Shown here in pieces: positions 8,258-17,444 of a stretch of 38,344 nucleotides of DNA. The position numbers and the translations under genes are program-made. The notes under the pieces are model-generated. The model did not search any database, was not told the origin of the DNA, and worked only from the letters and a program-made list of their open reading frames with translations. Source of the DNA: an uncultured Candidatus Saccharibacteria bacterium (lineage in GTDB: Bacteria > Patescibacteriota > Saccharimonadia > Saccharimonadales > Saccharimonadaceae). Where the stretch lies: positions 4,091 through 42,434 of the forward strand of contig CAZMIW010000001.1 in NCBI GenBank assembly GCA_964566585.1. The letters are read 5' to 3'. The first letter of the stretch is position 1, and every line of letters begins with the position of its first letter.

Positions 8258-8818
8258 ATGTATGGTCCGACGGATCTAAAGAAAAATGTGTTAATTACCT
8301 TGGACGGGCAGCCGTATAAGGTAGTTGAGTATTCCCAGAAAGTGATGGGAAGAGGGGGGTCGATTGTAAATGTGAAGGTTAAAAATTTGATTACAGGGGC
8401 GCTTTTGCCGAAGACTTTTAAGGGGCAGGAGAAGATTGAGCCGGCTGAGGTGACGACGCTTAAGGTTCAGTATCTTTATCGCGATGATGAAAAATTTTAT
8501 TTCATGAATCCTTCGACTTTTGAGCAGTATGAGTTAGCGGCCGATATGGTCGGGGACTCGGCGGCGTATATGAAGGACGGGGATGAGATGGAAATTCAGT
8601 TTTACAACGGGACTCCGATTAACCTCGTGTTGCCAAAAAATCTCTGGCTAGCTGTGACTTATACGGAGACGGCGGTGAAGGGTGATACCTCGACTTCGGT
8701 GACGAAGGATGCGACGCTTGAGACCGGAGCAACCGTCAGAGTCCCAGCATTCATCAAAGTTGGTGATGTTGTGAGTATTGATACTGAGACCGGGGCTTAT
8801 CGTGAACGAAAGAAGTAG
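8258..8818 (+). CDS. efp: Elongation factor P
   Basis: QYLYRD, FMN..TFEQ, KGDT, KDATLETG..VRVPAFIKVGD..IDTETGAYRER. Confidence 0.96.
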   Translation: MYGPTDLKKNVLITLDGQPYKVVEYSQKVMGRGGSIVNVKVKNLITGALLPKTFKGQEKIEPAEVTTLKVQYLYRDDEKFYFMNPSTFEQYELAADMVGDSAAYMKDGDEMEIQFYNGTPINLVLPKNLWLAVTYTETAVKGDTSTSVTKDATLETGATVRVPAFIKVGDVVSIDTETGAYRERKK

Positions 8819-9410
8819 AGGGAATCAAAAGATTGCGGAGGCGGCGGAGGCATTTCATTTTGATTTTCGGGGGAAGACGGTGCTGGACATTGGTTCGTCG
8901 ACGGGGGGATTTACAGAGTATGCGCTTGAGTCGGGGGCGGCTTTGGTAGTGGCGGTCGAGAAGGGGACGGGGCAGATGAGGGCGCCACTTAGATTTGACT
9001 CTAGAGTACAGCTTCATGAAAAGACGGACATTTTTGACGTGGTTTCGGAGGCGCATAAGGGGGATGCGAGGACTCGTGATGGGTCGTCTCGAGAGGTGGT
9101 AGTGCCAACGCCGGATGTGATACTGGCGGACGTGTCGTTTATTAGCCTTAGAGAAGTGTTGGAATATGCGAAACTTTGGCTAGCGGGGGAGTCGACGGAG
9201 TTTTTGGTGATGCTAAAGCCACAATTTGAGGCGGAAGATTATCAGCTAAATAGAGGGGTAGTGAAGAACGAGCGGATGAGAAGAAAAATCATCCGGGATT
9301 TTGAGACTTGGCTTGTCCGACGAGATTTTGTAATTAAGGCAAAGAGAGATAATTCAGTGGCGGGGAAGCATGGAAATGTAGAACGTTTCTATGATATAAT
9401 AGTAGAATAA
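8802..9410 (+). CDS. tlyA: TlyA-family rRNA methyltransferase lacking the S4 domain
   Basis: SRG..K, VLDIGSSTGGFT, DVSFISL, KPQFE, G..GNVE; probable GTG start overlapping the efp end. Confidence 0.88.
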   Translation: MNERSRGNQKIAEAAEAFHFDFRGKTVLDIGSSTGGFTEYALESGAALVVAVEKGTGQMRAPLRFDSRVQLHEKTDIFDVVSEAHKGDARTRDGSSREVVVPTPDVILADVSFISLREVLEYAKLWLAGESTEFLVMLKPQFEAEDYQLNRGVVKNERMRRKIIRDFETWLVRRDFVIKAKRDNSVAGKHGNVERFYDIIVE

Positions 9411-9413
9411 AGT

Positions 9414-10028
9414 ATGTTGTATCGCTTTTTTAAGAGATTGTTTGACATTGTTTGTGGGCTGATTGGGCTCGTGCTTTTGGTGCCGATTACTATTGTCGTA
9501 AAAATCGCGTATATGTGTACGGGGGATTTTCATCGGATTTTCTATACGCAGGAGAGAGTTGGACGCAACGGAAAACGTTTCAAGATTATAAAATATCGAT
9601 CAATGGCATGGGATGCGGAGGAACAGCTAGAGGAGCTTTTGAAAAAGAAGAAATATCGCGAGCAGTGGGAGGCCTATCAAAAGATCGACCATGACCCGCG
9701 GATTACAAAAGTAGGACGAATAATTAGGAGGGGTTCGATTGATGAGTTCCCGCAGTTTATTAATTTATTTTTAGGGCAAATGTCAATGGTGGGACCGAGA
9801 CCGTTGGTGCCGGGGGAGTTAAAAGAACATAAGGGCAAAGCGGGGATTTACGAGTCTGTGAAGCCGGGAATTACGGGGTATTGGGCGGTGAGAGGGAGAA
9901 GCAATAATGATTATGATGACAGATTGAAGATGGAATATTATTATGTCGAAAATCAGGGTGCGCTCTTAGATATTAAAATTATTTTTTGGACATTTAAGGC
10001 AGTTCTACATCAAGACGGTGCAAAGTAA
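9414..10028 (+). CDS. Priming sugar-phosphate transferase (bacterial sugar transferase, WbaP/CpsE C-terminal type)
   Basis: KRLFDI, QERVGRNG..F...KYRSM, DPRITKVG, SIDEFPQ, MSMVGPRP, KPGITG. Confidence 0.94.
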   Translation: MLYRFFKRLFDIVCGLIGLVLLVPITIVVKIAYMCTGDFHRIFYTQERVGRNGKRFKIIKYRSMAWDAEEQLEELLKKKKYREQWEAYQKIDHDPRITKVGRIIRRGSIDEFPQFINLFLGQMSMVGPRPLVPGELKEHKGKAGIYESVKPGITGYWAVRGRSNNDYDDRLKMEYYYVENQGALLDIKIIFWTFKAVLHQDGAK

Positions 10029-10143
10029 TTCATAGAGCGAGCTACTGCGTTAGCGGATGCGTTGCTCCTTCGCCGTACCTTAAGTACGGCTCAGTCCGCT
10101 ACTCCTGTTTCCTTGCATCTCATCCCCAAGAACTTATTTGGCA
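10019..10143. repeat. Structured intergenic element, copy B
   Basis: GAGCGAGCTACTGCGTT-AGCGGA-TGCGTTGCTC, hairpin GCCGTAC/GTACGGC, TCCGCTACTCC...TCCTTGCATCTCATCCC; fills the gap between two convergent stop codons. Confidence 0.85.
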
Positions 10144-10901
10144 AGTTTAATAAGGCAGCTTATGACGAGGAGGACATCCTCGGCGGTGCTGCCGCGGGAG
10201 AGGTCAGAGATAGGGAAATTGAAGCCCTGAAGGAGGGGGCCGGCGGCGGTGTAATTCCCGAGTTGTTCAAAAGATTTATACAAGATGTTGCCGGAGTTTA
10301 AATCTGGAGCGATGAGGACGTTGGCTGCGCCCTGCAACGGGGAATCAGGACATTTTTTAGCAGCGATTCTAGGGTTGATGGCGGCATCGAGCTGGAGCTC
10401 GCCGTCGATGATGATTTCGGGGTTTTTGGTTTTGATTTCTCGGATAACTTCGTTGGCTTTGTCGATAGACTCATCTCTTGCGGAGCCTTTAGTCGAGAAG
10501 GAAAGAACGGCGATTTTAGGAGTTTCATCTAAAAGTTTGGTGGCCGACTCGTAAGTTTGGAAGATAATATCTTTGAGCTGGTCTTTGGTTGGGCTTTTAG
10601 TGACGCCGGCGTCGGCGAGAATGTAGGTTTTGGCGGTTTCGGGGTTTATCGGATTTACTGGCGGTTTTAGCAAGAAACAACTAGAGAAGGTTTGGTTTTT
10701 CATGCCAAGATAATTTTTGGCGGCGAGCACAACAGCTCGTGTCGTATAATCGATTCCGGCGATAATGGCGTCGGCCTCGTGGTTTTTAACTTTTTCGCAG
10801 GCGTCTTCAAGATTTGCAGCTTCGATGGCTTCAATGTTCTCGGCTTTTTTGAGGGCGGATTGGACAATTTCGTTGTGATATTCGGGGAAGGCGATTTTCA
10901 T
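10134..10901 (-). CDS. pta: Phosphate acetyl/butyryltransferase (short Pta)
   Basis: IAFPE, AVLSFSTKGS, IDGELQLDAA, ANVLIAPDLNSGNILYK, GPLLQG, DLSRG. Confidence 0.92.
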   Translation of the reverse strand: MKIAFPEYHNEIVQSALKKAENIEAIEAANLEDACEKVKNHEADAIIAGIDYTTRAVVLAAKNYLGMKNQTFSSCFLLKPPVNPINPETAKTYILADAGVTKSPTKDQLKDIIFQTYESATKLLDETPKIAVLSFSTKGSARDESIDKANEVIREIKTKNPEIIIDGELQLDAAINPRIAAKKCPDSPLQGAANVLIAPDLNSGNILYKSFEQLGNYTAAGPLLQGFNFPISDLSRGSTAEDVLLVISCLIKLAK

Positions 10902-10907
10902 AAAATT

Positions 10908-10936
10908 ATTATAGCATAAAGTTTGCGTGATATAAT
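10908..10936. promoter_or_regulatory. Back-to-back extended -10 promoters (TGCTATAAT minus, TGATATAAT plus), each 6 nt from an ATG
   Basis: Direct match to TGnTATAAT on both strands in a 41-nt intergenic gap. Confidence 0.75.
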
Positions 10937-10942
10937 GGATTT

Positions 10943-11194
10943 ATGGAAAAGACTTTAGATGTGAAAAAACAAGATAAGGTGGAGGCTTTGGCGGAGGACG
11001 CGAAGGAATCGGCGAGCGAGGGGTATAATACCGAAAATCAACTGAGCAATAATCTGATATCGGTGACTTTGGCGTTTGTGGCGTTGCTTGCGACGGCGAT
11101 TAGCACGAGCAATGTGCTTTTGATGATTGGGCTTGTGCTTTGCGTGGCGTTTATCGGGACGATGTTGTTTGAGACGAGTAGGGTGGTGAGGTAG
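10943..11194 (+). CDS. Small membrane protein (2 TM), possibly a remnant
   Basis: Two hydrophobic segments; -10 box 6 nt upstream. Confidence 0.55.
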   Translation: MEKTLDVKKQDKVEALAEDAKESASEGYNTENQLSNNLISVTLAFVALLATAISTSNVLLMIGLVLCVAFIGTMLFETSRVVR

Positions 11195-11244
11195 GTATAT
11201 ATATGTTGTGAAAATGGGGGATTTGTGATAAAATGTAAGTAGTT

Positions 11245-12114
11245 ATGAATAGAGCTAAAGTATCGGTGGTTTGTCCTTTGTATGAGGCGGAAGCCGATAT
11301 TTTGAGGCTCGATAAAAGTTTGATTTCTCAGGAGGGGGTTTTGTTTGCGGAGGTTTTTTATATTTTGACTAGAGGCGGAGATGAGACTAAGAAAGTGATG
11401 AAAGAGGCGGGGATTTTAGATAGGTCAGAAGTCCGATTTTCGGAAATTTCCAAGGAGGATTTTTCGCATTCTTTGACAAGAGAGAAGGCGGCGATGGAAG
11501 CGACAGGGGACGTGATAGTGTTTTTGACGCAGGATGTAGAAATTCGGGATGTGAGATTTTTGGAAAAATTAGTGCGACCGATTATTGACGGCGAGGCGGA
11601 TGCGACTTATGCGAAGCAGATTACGAAGTATAATAATATTGAGAAATATACGAGGGAGTCGAATTATCCGGCGAAATCGTTTACGGTGTCAGAGAAAGAC
11701 ATTGAGCGTTTGGGGCTGAAAACTTTCTTCTTTTCGGATGCGGCGGGGGCAGTTTCTAGGAAGAAATTTGTGGAGCTTGGTGGGTACGACAGCAAAGATT
11801 TGCCGATTTCAGAAGATATGTATTTTGCGCACAAATTGATTATGACGGGTGGGAAGATTCGATATGTAGCGGAGGCGGAAGTTTATCATTCGCATGATTT
11901 TAAGCTGTCGGAGCTTTACTCGCGATATCGGCTGACGGGGGAGTTTATGAAGATGAATCCGGAGATTGCTTCGGCCGGTGTGAATGCGGCGGGCGGGGGG
12001 ATGGCGAAGTATATTTTTAAGCGAGCTTGGCAGGAGCGGAATTTTAAAGTTCTGGCTGGCTTTTTGCCGAATATGGGGGCGAGGTATTTGGGGATGAGGA
12101 GGGGGAGAAGATGA
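11245..12114 (+). CDS. GT2 glycosyltransferase, rhamnosyltransferase-like
   Basis: VSVVCP, FSHSLTR, VFLTQD, FFSD, SEDM, VYHSH. Confidence 0.88.
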   Translation: MNRAKVSVVCPLYEAEADILRLDKSLISQEGVLFAEVFYILTRGGDETKKVMKEAGILDRSEVRFSEISKEDFSHSLTREKAAMEATGDVIVFLTQDVEIRDVRFLEKLVRPIIDGEADATYAKQITKYNNIEKYTRESNYPAKSFTVSEKDIERLGLKTFFFSDAAGAVSRKKFVELGGYDSKDLPISEDMYFAHKLIMTGGKIRYVAEAEVYHSHDFKLSELYSRYRLTGEFMKMNPEIASAGVNAAGGGMAKYIFKRAWQERNFKVLAGFLPNMGARYLGMRRGRR

Positions 12115-13217
12115 AAATAGCCTATGTAGTAGCTGATTTGAGAAGGGTCGGGCCGTCTAATCAAACGCTGAATATAATAAAGAATTCTCGTTTTCGTAAA
12201 AATAGTGTCGTAGTAACGTTGTTCGCAGAACCAAGCGATTCTATGAAAAGTGAATTTGAATGTGAGGGTATAGAAATAAAATGTTTGAATTTAGGTAGAA
12301 TGTCTTTTGCGGTCGGTGGTGCTAGAAAATTAAAAAGAATCTTAATTAAGTGGGGCGCTGATATTACGCATTCATATGGAGTGAAGCCAGATCATTTATG
12401 CCAAAAAGCGTGTGCAAGAACTAAGATAAAGCATATAATTACGCTGAGAAATTATCCTAAAGAGGATATTCCGACTAGAATGAGATTTCCGAGAAGTACA
12501 ATAGCACTATGTAGTCATTTGAGGACTTTAAAGAAAGCCAAATACGTGATTGCATGTTCGCATACAATAGAGGAAAGAATGAAAAAAGATTATCCAGGCA
12601 TGAACATCACAACGATACAAAATGGTGTTGATATAGAAAAGTATAATTCAGTTAGCGCTAATCAAAAAAGGTTATTAAGGAAAGAATTGAATTTGCCGAT
12701 AGATGAAAAAATCTTTATATCAGTAAGTAGTTTTATAAAAAGGAAGAGGATAGGAGAGAGTATAGAAGGGTTTTTGAAATATAACAAAAAGGGAGGTTCA
12801 AGATTTTTGTTGTTGGGCGACGGCTCTGAATTTTCTGACATAGAGAAGGAGTATAGAAATAAAAAGAACATAGACTTTCTTGGTAAGATGTCAAATGTAC
12901 AAGATTACTTACACGCTTCAGATGCTTTTGTGTCTTCAAGTGAGTCAGAAGGGTTGCCAAATGGAGTAATTGAGGCAATTGCCTGCGGGCTGCCAGTAGT
13001 GCTTTCAGACATAGAGCAACATCTAGAGGTATTAAGCGAGGTGCCGAATAGTGGCATTGTGTACAGCCTTGGTAATACGGATGATCTTTCAGATAAGATG
13101 GACGAAATATTAGTATATGATAATTCCAAGAGTAACATAGCTAAAAGCAGTTTGACAATGAAGGCCATGAGTGAAAAATATGTGCTATACTATATAAGAG
13201 TAGAGGATGAGGAATAA
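12111..13217 (+). CDS. GT4 glycosyltransferase
   Basis: IQNGVD, SESEGLPNGVIEAIACGLPVVLSDI (EX7E motif). Confidence 0.93.
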   Translation: MKIAYVVADLRRVGPSNQTLNIIKNSRFRKNSVVVTLFAEPSDSMKSEFECEGIEIKCLNLGRMSFAVGGARKLKRILIKWGADITHSYGVKPDHLCQKACARTKIKHIITLRNYPKEDIPTRMRFPRSTIALCSHLRTLKKAKYVIACSHTIEERMKKDYPGMNITTIQNGVDIEKYNSVSANQKRLLRKELNLPIDEKIFISVSSFIKRKRIGESIEGFLKYNKKGGSRFLLLGDGSEFSDIEKEYRNKKNIDFLGKMSNVQDYLHASDAFVSSSESEGLPNGVIEAIACGLPVVLSDIEQHLEVLSEVPNSGIVYSLGNTDDLSDKMDEILVYDNSKSNIAKSSLTMKAMSEKYVLYYIRVEDEE

Positions 13218-14604
13218 GTTTATGGAAAAGGCAAAGAGTAGGAAGCTTTTGGTTGAGTACGTAATAGTCGGAGTAGTATCCCTTATTCTTTCAGGGATTA
13301 TATTTATTTTATCTGGCGGTAGAAGTATCTTTTTCGCAGTAGAATGTTTTGCATTACTCGCATTTTTTCTGAAGATAGCCTTGTGTCAAAAAGATAGATT
13401 CGATCCTATGTCATTCTTCTTGCTTTCTTTGTTTTTGGGCTTTGTTGATATCGTATTTGCTGTTCTAAGAGTTAGAGCAGTGGGTAGATTATACGACATC
13501 GGGGTATATGAGAAAAGTTTGTTTTTGATGATTTTGTGGCTAGCTTTCTTCTGCTTAACGTATGAATTATGGATGAAATTAAAAAGTAGCAAAGGGCATA
13601 AAAAGAAGGAGACGAAGAGCTTCCTGAGCTCAATAAAGAAGGTGAATATAAATTCGGTACTGGTAGTTGGGCTTGTTGCACAGATTTTTGTCTTTTATAA
13701 AGTCATAACGACAATTATTGCTGTCGGTGGGTTTAGCGAAGCAATCAATAATTTTGCTATTTTTAAATTCAATGACCAAAACTATCTATTAGTGTTTATT
13801 TATTTACTTTCTTTTGTCCCGCCGGCGTTGTATGAAAAGGGTTATAAGAAAACAGCATTGTTGGCACTGATTCTCAACTTTGCGATTATTACATTAACTG
13901 GTCGCAGAGGGATTGCAATTACTACGGTTGTGATATCGGCTTTAGTATATGTCCATTATCGAGTAAAACCAATAACAAATAAGGTGATTGCTTTAATTTT
14001 GCTTCCAATCATCGCATTCATATTAATAGTAGGTAGTTTTAGAGGGCAAAATGTATCTTTGAATAGTAGAAATGGTGTTGTTTTAGACACGATTGCAAAA
14101 GTTACTAATACAGTTCAGTATGGCGACAATGTTCCGGATATGATTGATAAAGTTGATAGTGGGGCAGTGGATTTTCAAGGTGGCAAGTACATATTTAATG
14201 GAATTATTGGTGTTATACCAAGGGCAATATGGTCGGAGAAGCCAGAAGTAGACCATTCATCTATTTCGAGCCAGTTGGTATATAACGGCCAGTATTCTTA
14301 TGGAAGACCTGTTGGAGCGTTTGGTTTCTCGTATTTATGTTTTGGCTACATTGGTGTAATAGTATCTGGGCTGATATGTGGGCTTCTGACGGCATTGTTC
14401 TATTGTTGGGCCGTTAAGAGAGAACAGACTGTTTTCTCAGTTTTGATATATGCAATTGCTATTCAGTTCATTATGGCAATCACTAATCCAGAGTCGCAGA
14501 CTAAAGTCATATTTATTTTTGCAGTTATGGTAATTACGAAAGTTCTAGATATACTTTTGGCAAAAAAGATACGGAAGGGGAAAGATGAAAAGCCGGAACA
14601 ATAA
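13207..14604 (+). CDS. wzy: Polysaccharide polymerase (Wzy-like)
   Basis: Multiple TM helices, LTGRRG, IPRAIWSEKP, FGYIGVI; locus context. Confidence 0.8.
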   Translation: MRNKFMEKAKSRKLLVEYVIVGVVSLILSGIIFILSGGRSIFFAVECFALLAFFLKIALCQKDRFDPMSFFLLSLFLGFVDIVFAVLRVRAVGRLYDIGVYEKSLFLMILWLAFFCLTYELWMKLKSSKGHKKKETKSFLSSIKKVNINSVLVVGLVAQIFVFYKVITTIIAVGGFSEAINNFAIFKFNDQNYLLVFIYLLSFVPPALYEKGYKKTALLALILNFAIITLTGRRGIAITTVVISALVYVHYRVKPITNKVIALILLPIIAFILIVGSFRGQNVSLNSRNGVVLDTIAKVTNTVQYGDNVPDMIDKVDSGAVDFQGGKYIFNGIIGVIPRAIWSEKPEVDHSSISSQLVYNGQYSYGRPVGAFGFSYLCFGYIGVIVSGLICGLLTALFYCWAVKREQTVFSVLIYAIAIQFIMAITNPESQTKVIFIFAVMVITKVLDILLAKKIRKGKDEKPEQ

Positions 14605-15403
14605 TAGAACTGGATGGAGCATGAAAAGAGTGGCGCAGTATTGTTCTGTCCCGATTCAGCGGCTAGCTGGTGATAAATTGTATTTGAAGACTTTGTTTAA
14701 ACAGAAGATGGGTTATAAATTAGATTTAAATAATCCGCAGACTTTTAGTGAAAAATTGCAGTGGCTAAAATTGAACGATAGGAAGCCATTGTATACTCAG
14801 TTGGTAGATAAATATGAAGTAAAAAAATATATAGCGCAGAAGATTGGTGAGGAATATGTTATTCCTACGCTGGGGGTGTATAAAAAATTTGATGATATAG
14901 ACTTTGAAAAGTTGCCAAAACAGTTTGTAATAAAATGTACTCACGATTCTGGTGGGTTGGTGATATGTAAAAATAAAGATAAGCTAGATATTGAAGCTGC
15001 TCGCAAGATAATACAAAAAGCTTTGAAGCGGAATTATTTTTGGTATGGCAGAGAATGGCCATACAAAAATGTGAAGCCAAGAATTATTGTTGAGCAATAT
15101 ATGGAGGACGCAGAAACACACGACCTGAAGGATTACAAGTTTTTTACTTTTAGTGGAGAAATTGGCTGTGTATTGGTAGATTTGGACCGTTTTACAAATC
15201 ATACAAGGGCGGTTTATAATCGGAATTGGGAGAGAATGCCATTTACGGAGACTTTTCCGACGGATTATAATGTAGAACAAAAATGCCCGAAAAATTTTGA
15301 TAAGATGGTGGCTTTAGTGGAGAAAATAGCGGAAACGATGGGTAATCCCCCGCATGCTAGAATAGATCTGTACACAGTGGGGGGGGGGTATATATGTCGG
15401 TGA
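14585..15403 (+). CDS. TupA-like ATP-grasp protein, truncated by a frameshift at a G10 tract
   Basis: NPQTFSEKLQWLKL, VDKYEVK, FVIKCTHDSG, EWPYKNVKPRIIVE, DYKFF, RIDLY; the expected end (YVGEITFFHGSGF) lies in another frame. Confidence 0.88.
   Translation: MKSRNNNRTGWSMKRVAQYCSVPIQRLAGDKLYLKTLFKQKMGYKLDLNNPQTFSEKLQWLKLNDRKPLYTQLVDKYEVKKYIAQKIGEEYVIPTLGVYKKFDDIDFEKLPKQFVIKCTHDSGGLVICKNKDKLDIEAARKIIQKALKRNYFWYGREWPYKNVKPRIIVEQYMEDAETHDLKDYKFFTFSGEIGCVLVDLDRFTNHTRAVYNRNWERMPFTETFPTDYNVEQKCPKNFDKMVALVEKIAETMGNPPHARIDLYTVGGGYICR
15379..15388 (+). repeat. Poly-G (G10) tract at the frameshift
   Basis: ACAGT-GGGGGGGGGG-TATATATG. Confidence 0.9.
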
Positions 15404-15953
15404 GATTACTTTTTTCCATGGGAGTGGGTTCGCAAAATTTGACCCGCCAGAATGGGATGTTAGGATGGGGGATATGATAGATATTAGCAAAGCTAAGAAG
15501 AGTAAAAGAGTAAGGAGGATAATGAGAGTTCTATTCCCGTGGAAGAGTATACACAATGGCCTGTATGAAGCGTATGCTAAATATCATAAGCGTGCTAAAG
15601 TCGGTATAAAAAATGAATATTTCTCGCATAAAATATATAAAAAATACCATTGCCATGTCAGTCCTTTAGCAGATATCGGTGAAGGGACGATTTTTCCACA
15701 TCCTATAGGGATAGTGATTGGAAGATGGGCAAAAATTGGAAAGGACTGTGTTATTTATCAAAATGTTACTATTGGTAGGCGTAATCCATCTGATGAATAT
15801 GATATTGCGGAGATTGGTGATAATGTGTTAGTTGGGTGCAATTCTATTATTTTGGGGAAGGTCAAGATTGGTTCCGATGCTAAAATCGCTGCAGGATCCA
15901 TAGTGCTTAGGGATGTAAAGCCTGGGGAAACTGTACATGGGGTTGTAAAATGA
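15390..15953 (+). CDS. Downstream frame: ATP-grasp C-terminus fused to a hexapeptide-repeat (serine O-acetyltransferase-like) domain
   Basis: Open frame IYVGEITFFHGSGFAKFDPPEWDVRMGDMIDI continues into FPHPIGIVIG, IYQNVTIG, IGDNV.VG, IAAGSIVLRDV. Confidence 0.85.
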   Translation: MYVGEITFFHGSGFAKFDPPEWDVRMGDMIDISKAKKSKRVRRIMRVLFPWKSIHNGLYEAYAKYHKRAKVGIKNEYFSHKIYKKYHCHVSPLADIGEGTIFPHPIGIVIGRWAKIGKDCVIYQNVTIGRRNPSDEYDIAEIGDNVLVGCNSIILGKVKIGSDAKIAAGSIVLRDVKPGETVHGVVK

Positions 15954-17395
15954 AGCAGCAGTCTGTAAAGAAAAATTTTTTGTATAATGTAATATATCAG
16001 TTGCTTGTACACGTATTGCCGTTTGTAACGATGCCGTATGTTTCGAGAGTTTTGGGGGTAGAGAAATTAGGAGTATATTCTTACACGTATTCCATTGTGT
16101 ACTATTTCATGATTTTTGCTATGTTGGGTTTGGCGAATTATGGGAATAGGACAGTTGCCAAAGCTAGGGATAGTAGGGAAGAGCTATCTAGAACTTTCAA
16201 AGAAGTTTATCGGATGCAGTTAATATCGTCTTTGGCAATGGTGGCTTTATACGTTGTGTATTTATCTGTATTTAATGGAAATGAAAATTGGACGATTTCC
16301 GTAGCTCAGATTTTATATCTATTATCTTGCGTTTTTGATATTAGTTGGTTTTTCTTTGGCTTGGAAAGATTTAGGTTAACTATCACATGGAATATGTCAA
16401 TAAAGGTGACAGCCTTATTGTTGATTTTTCTACTGGTAAAAGGACCGGAAGACCTGTGGATTTACACGGTTATATTAGGGGGAAGCACACTTATTACACA
16501 GTTGGCATTATGGCCGTTTGTTCCGAAGTGTATTGATAATGTGAAAATAAAAGCAAGTGATGTAAGGAAACACATAGCACCAAATTTGAGACTTTTTCTG
16601 ACTGTAATAGGTGTAACTATTTTTAAGGTTATGGACAAAACCATGATAGGTATGTTTTCTAATATGTCAGAGGTCGGGTATTATGAGAATGCAGAGAAAG
16701 TTAGCCAGGCTCCTGTAACTATCATTATGGCATTAGGGACGGTAATGCTTCCACGTATGAGTAATATGTATCGTAAGGGTGGAGATGAGGCGAAGGCAGC
16801 GAAAGTAATAAGAATATCAATGAAGGTAGCTATGTTACTTGCTTGTGCTTTGGCGTTTGGCTTGTTGGCCGTTGGTAGAGATTTTGCGGTCGTTTTCTTC
16901 GGTGCGGAGTTCGAAAAAGCGGGTATATTGATAATGATGCTTGCAATAACAATAGTTTTTTTGGCATGGGGAAATGTAATAAGAACGCAATATCTAATTC
17001 CAAAAGAGTACGATAAAGAGTATGCCGCATCGGCTTTTATAGGTGCTGGTGTGAATTTAGTGATTAATCTAGCATTAATACCTAGCTTAGGAGCTATAGG
17101 AGCATGCATAGGAACAGTGTTTGCCGAGTTTTCGGTGGCGTTTTATCAGACTATGGTGATTAGAAAAAAACTCCCTATAAAGCAATATCTGATAGATTCG
17201 TTATGGTTTGTGATGAGAGCGGCATGCATGTATTCTGTTGTCAGCCTAGTGGGTTTTCTATTGAGGGACGCTAATATCACTGCGAGAATCGTTGCACAGG
17301 TATTGGTTGGTAGTATCGTCTACGTGTTGATGAATTATAGATTTATCAGAAAGGAATTAATAGACTTTGAAGAACACGGGAACGTATGGGATTAA
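15950..17395 (+). CDS. wzx: Polysaccharide flippase
   Basis: KKNFLYN, PYVSRVLG, DKTMIG, VGYYE, many TM helices. Confidence 0.92.
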   Translation: MKQQSVKKNFLYNVIYQLLVHVLPFVTMPYVSRVLGVEKLGVYSYTYSIVYYFMIFAMLGLANYGNRTVAKARDSREELSRTFKEVYRMQLISSLAMVALYVVYLSVFNGNENWTISVAQILYLLSCVFDISWFFFGLERFRLTITWNMSIKVTALLLIFLLVKGPEDLWIYTVILGGSTLITQLALWPFVPKCIDNVKIKASDVRKHIAPNLRLFLTVIGVTIFKVMDKTMIGMFSNMSEVGYYENAEKVSQAPVTIIMALGTVMLPRMSNMYRKGGDEAKAAKVIRISMKVAMLLACALAFGLLAVGRDFAVVFFGAEFEKAGILIMMLAITIVFLAWGNVIRTQYLIPKEYDKEYAASAFIGAGVNLVINLALIPSLGAIGACIGTVFAEFSVAFYQTMVIRKKLPIKQYLIDSLWFVMRAACMYSVVSLVGFLLRDANITARIVAQVLVGSIVYVLMNYRFIRKELIDFEEHGNVWD

Positions 17396-17444
17396 TTGTT
17401 GAGTTGCCGTTTGATACAATATAAGAATGGTGTATAATTTAAGA

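Noticed and set aside
10062-10301. 79-aa ORF starting inside element copy B
   Set aside because: Antisense to pta; the other copies have no equivalent ORF
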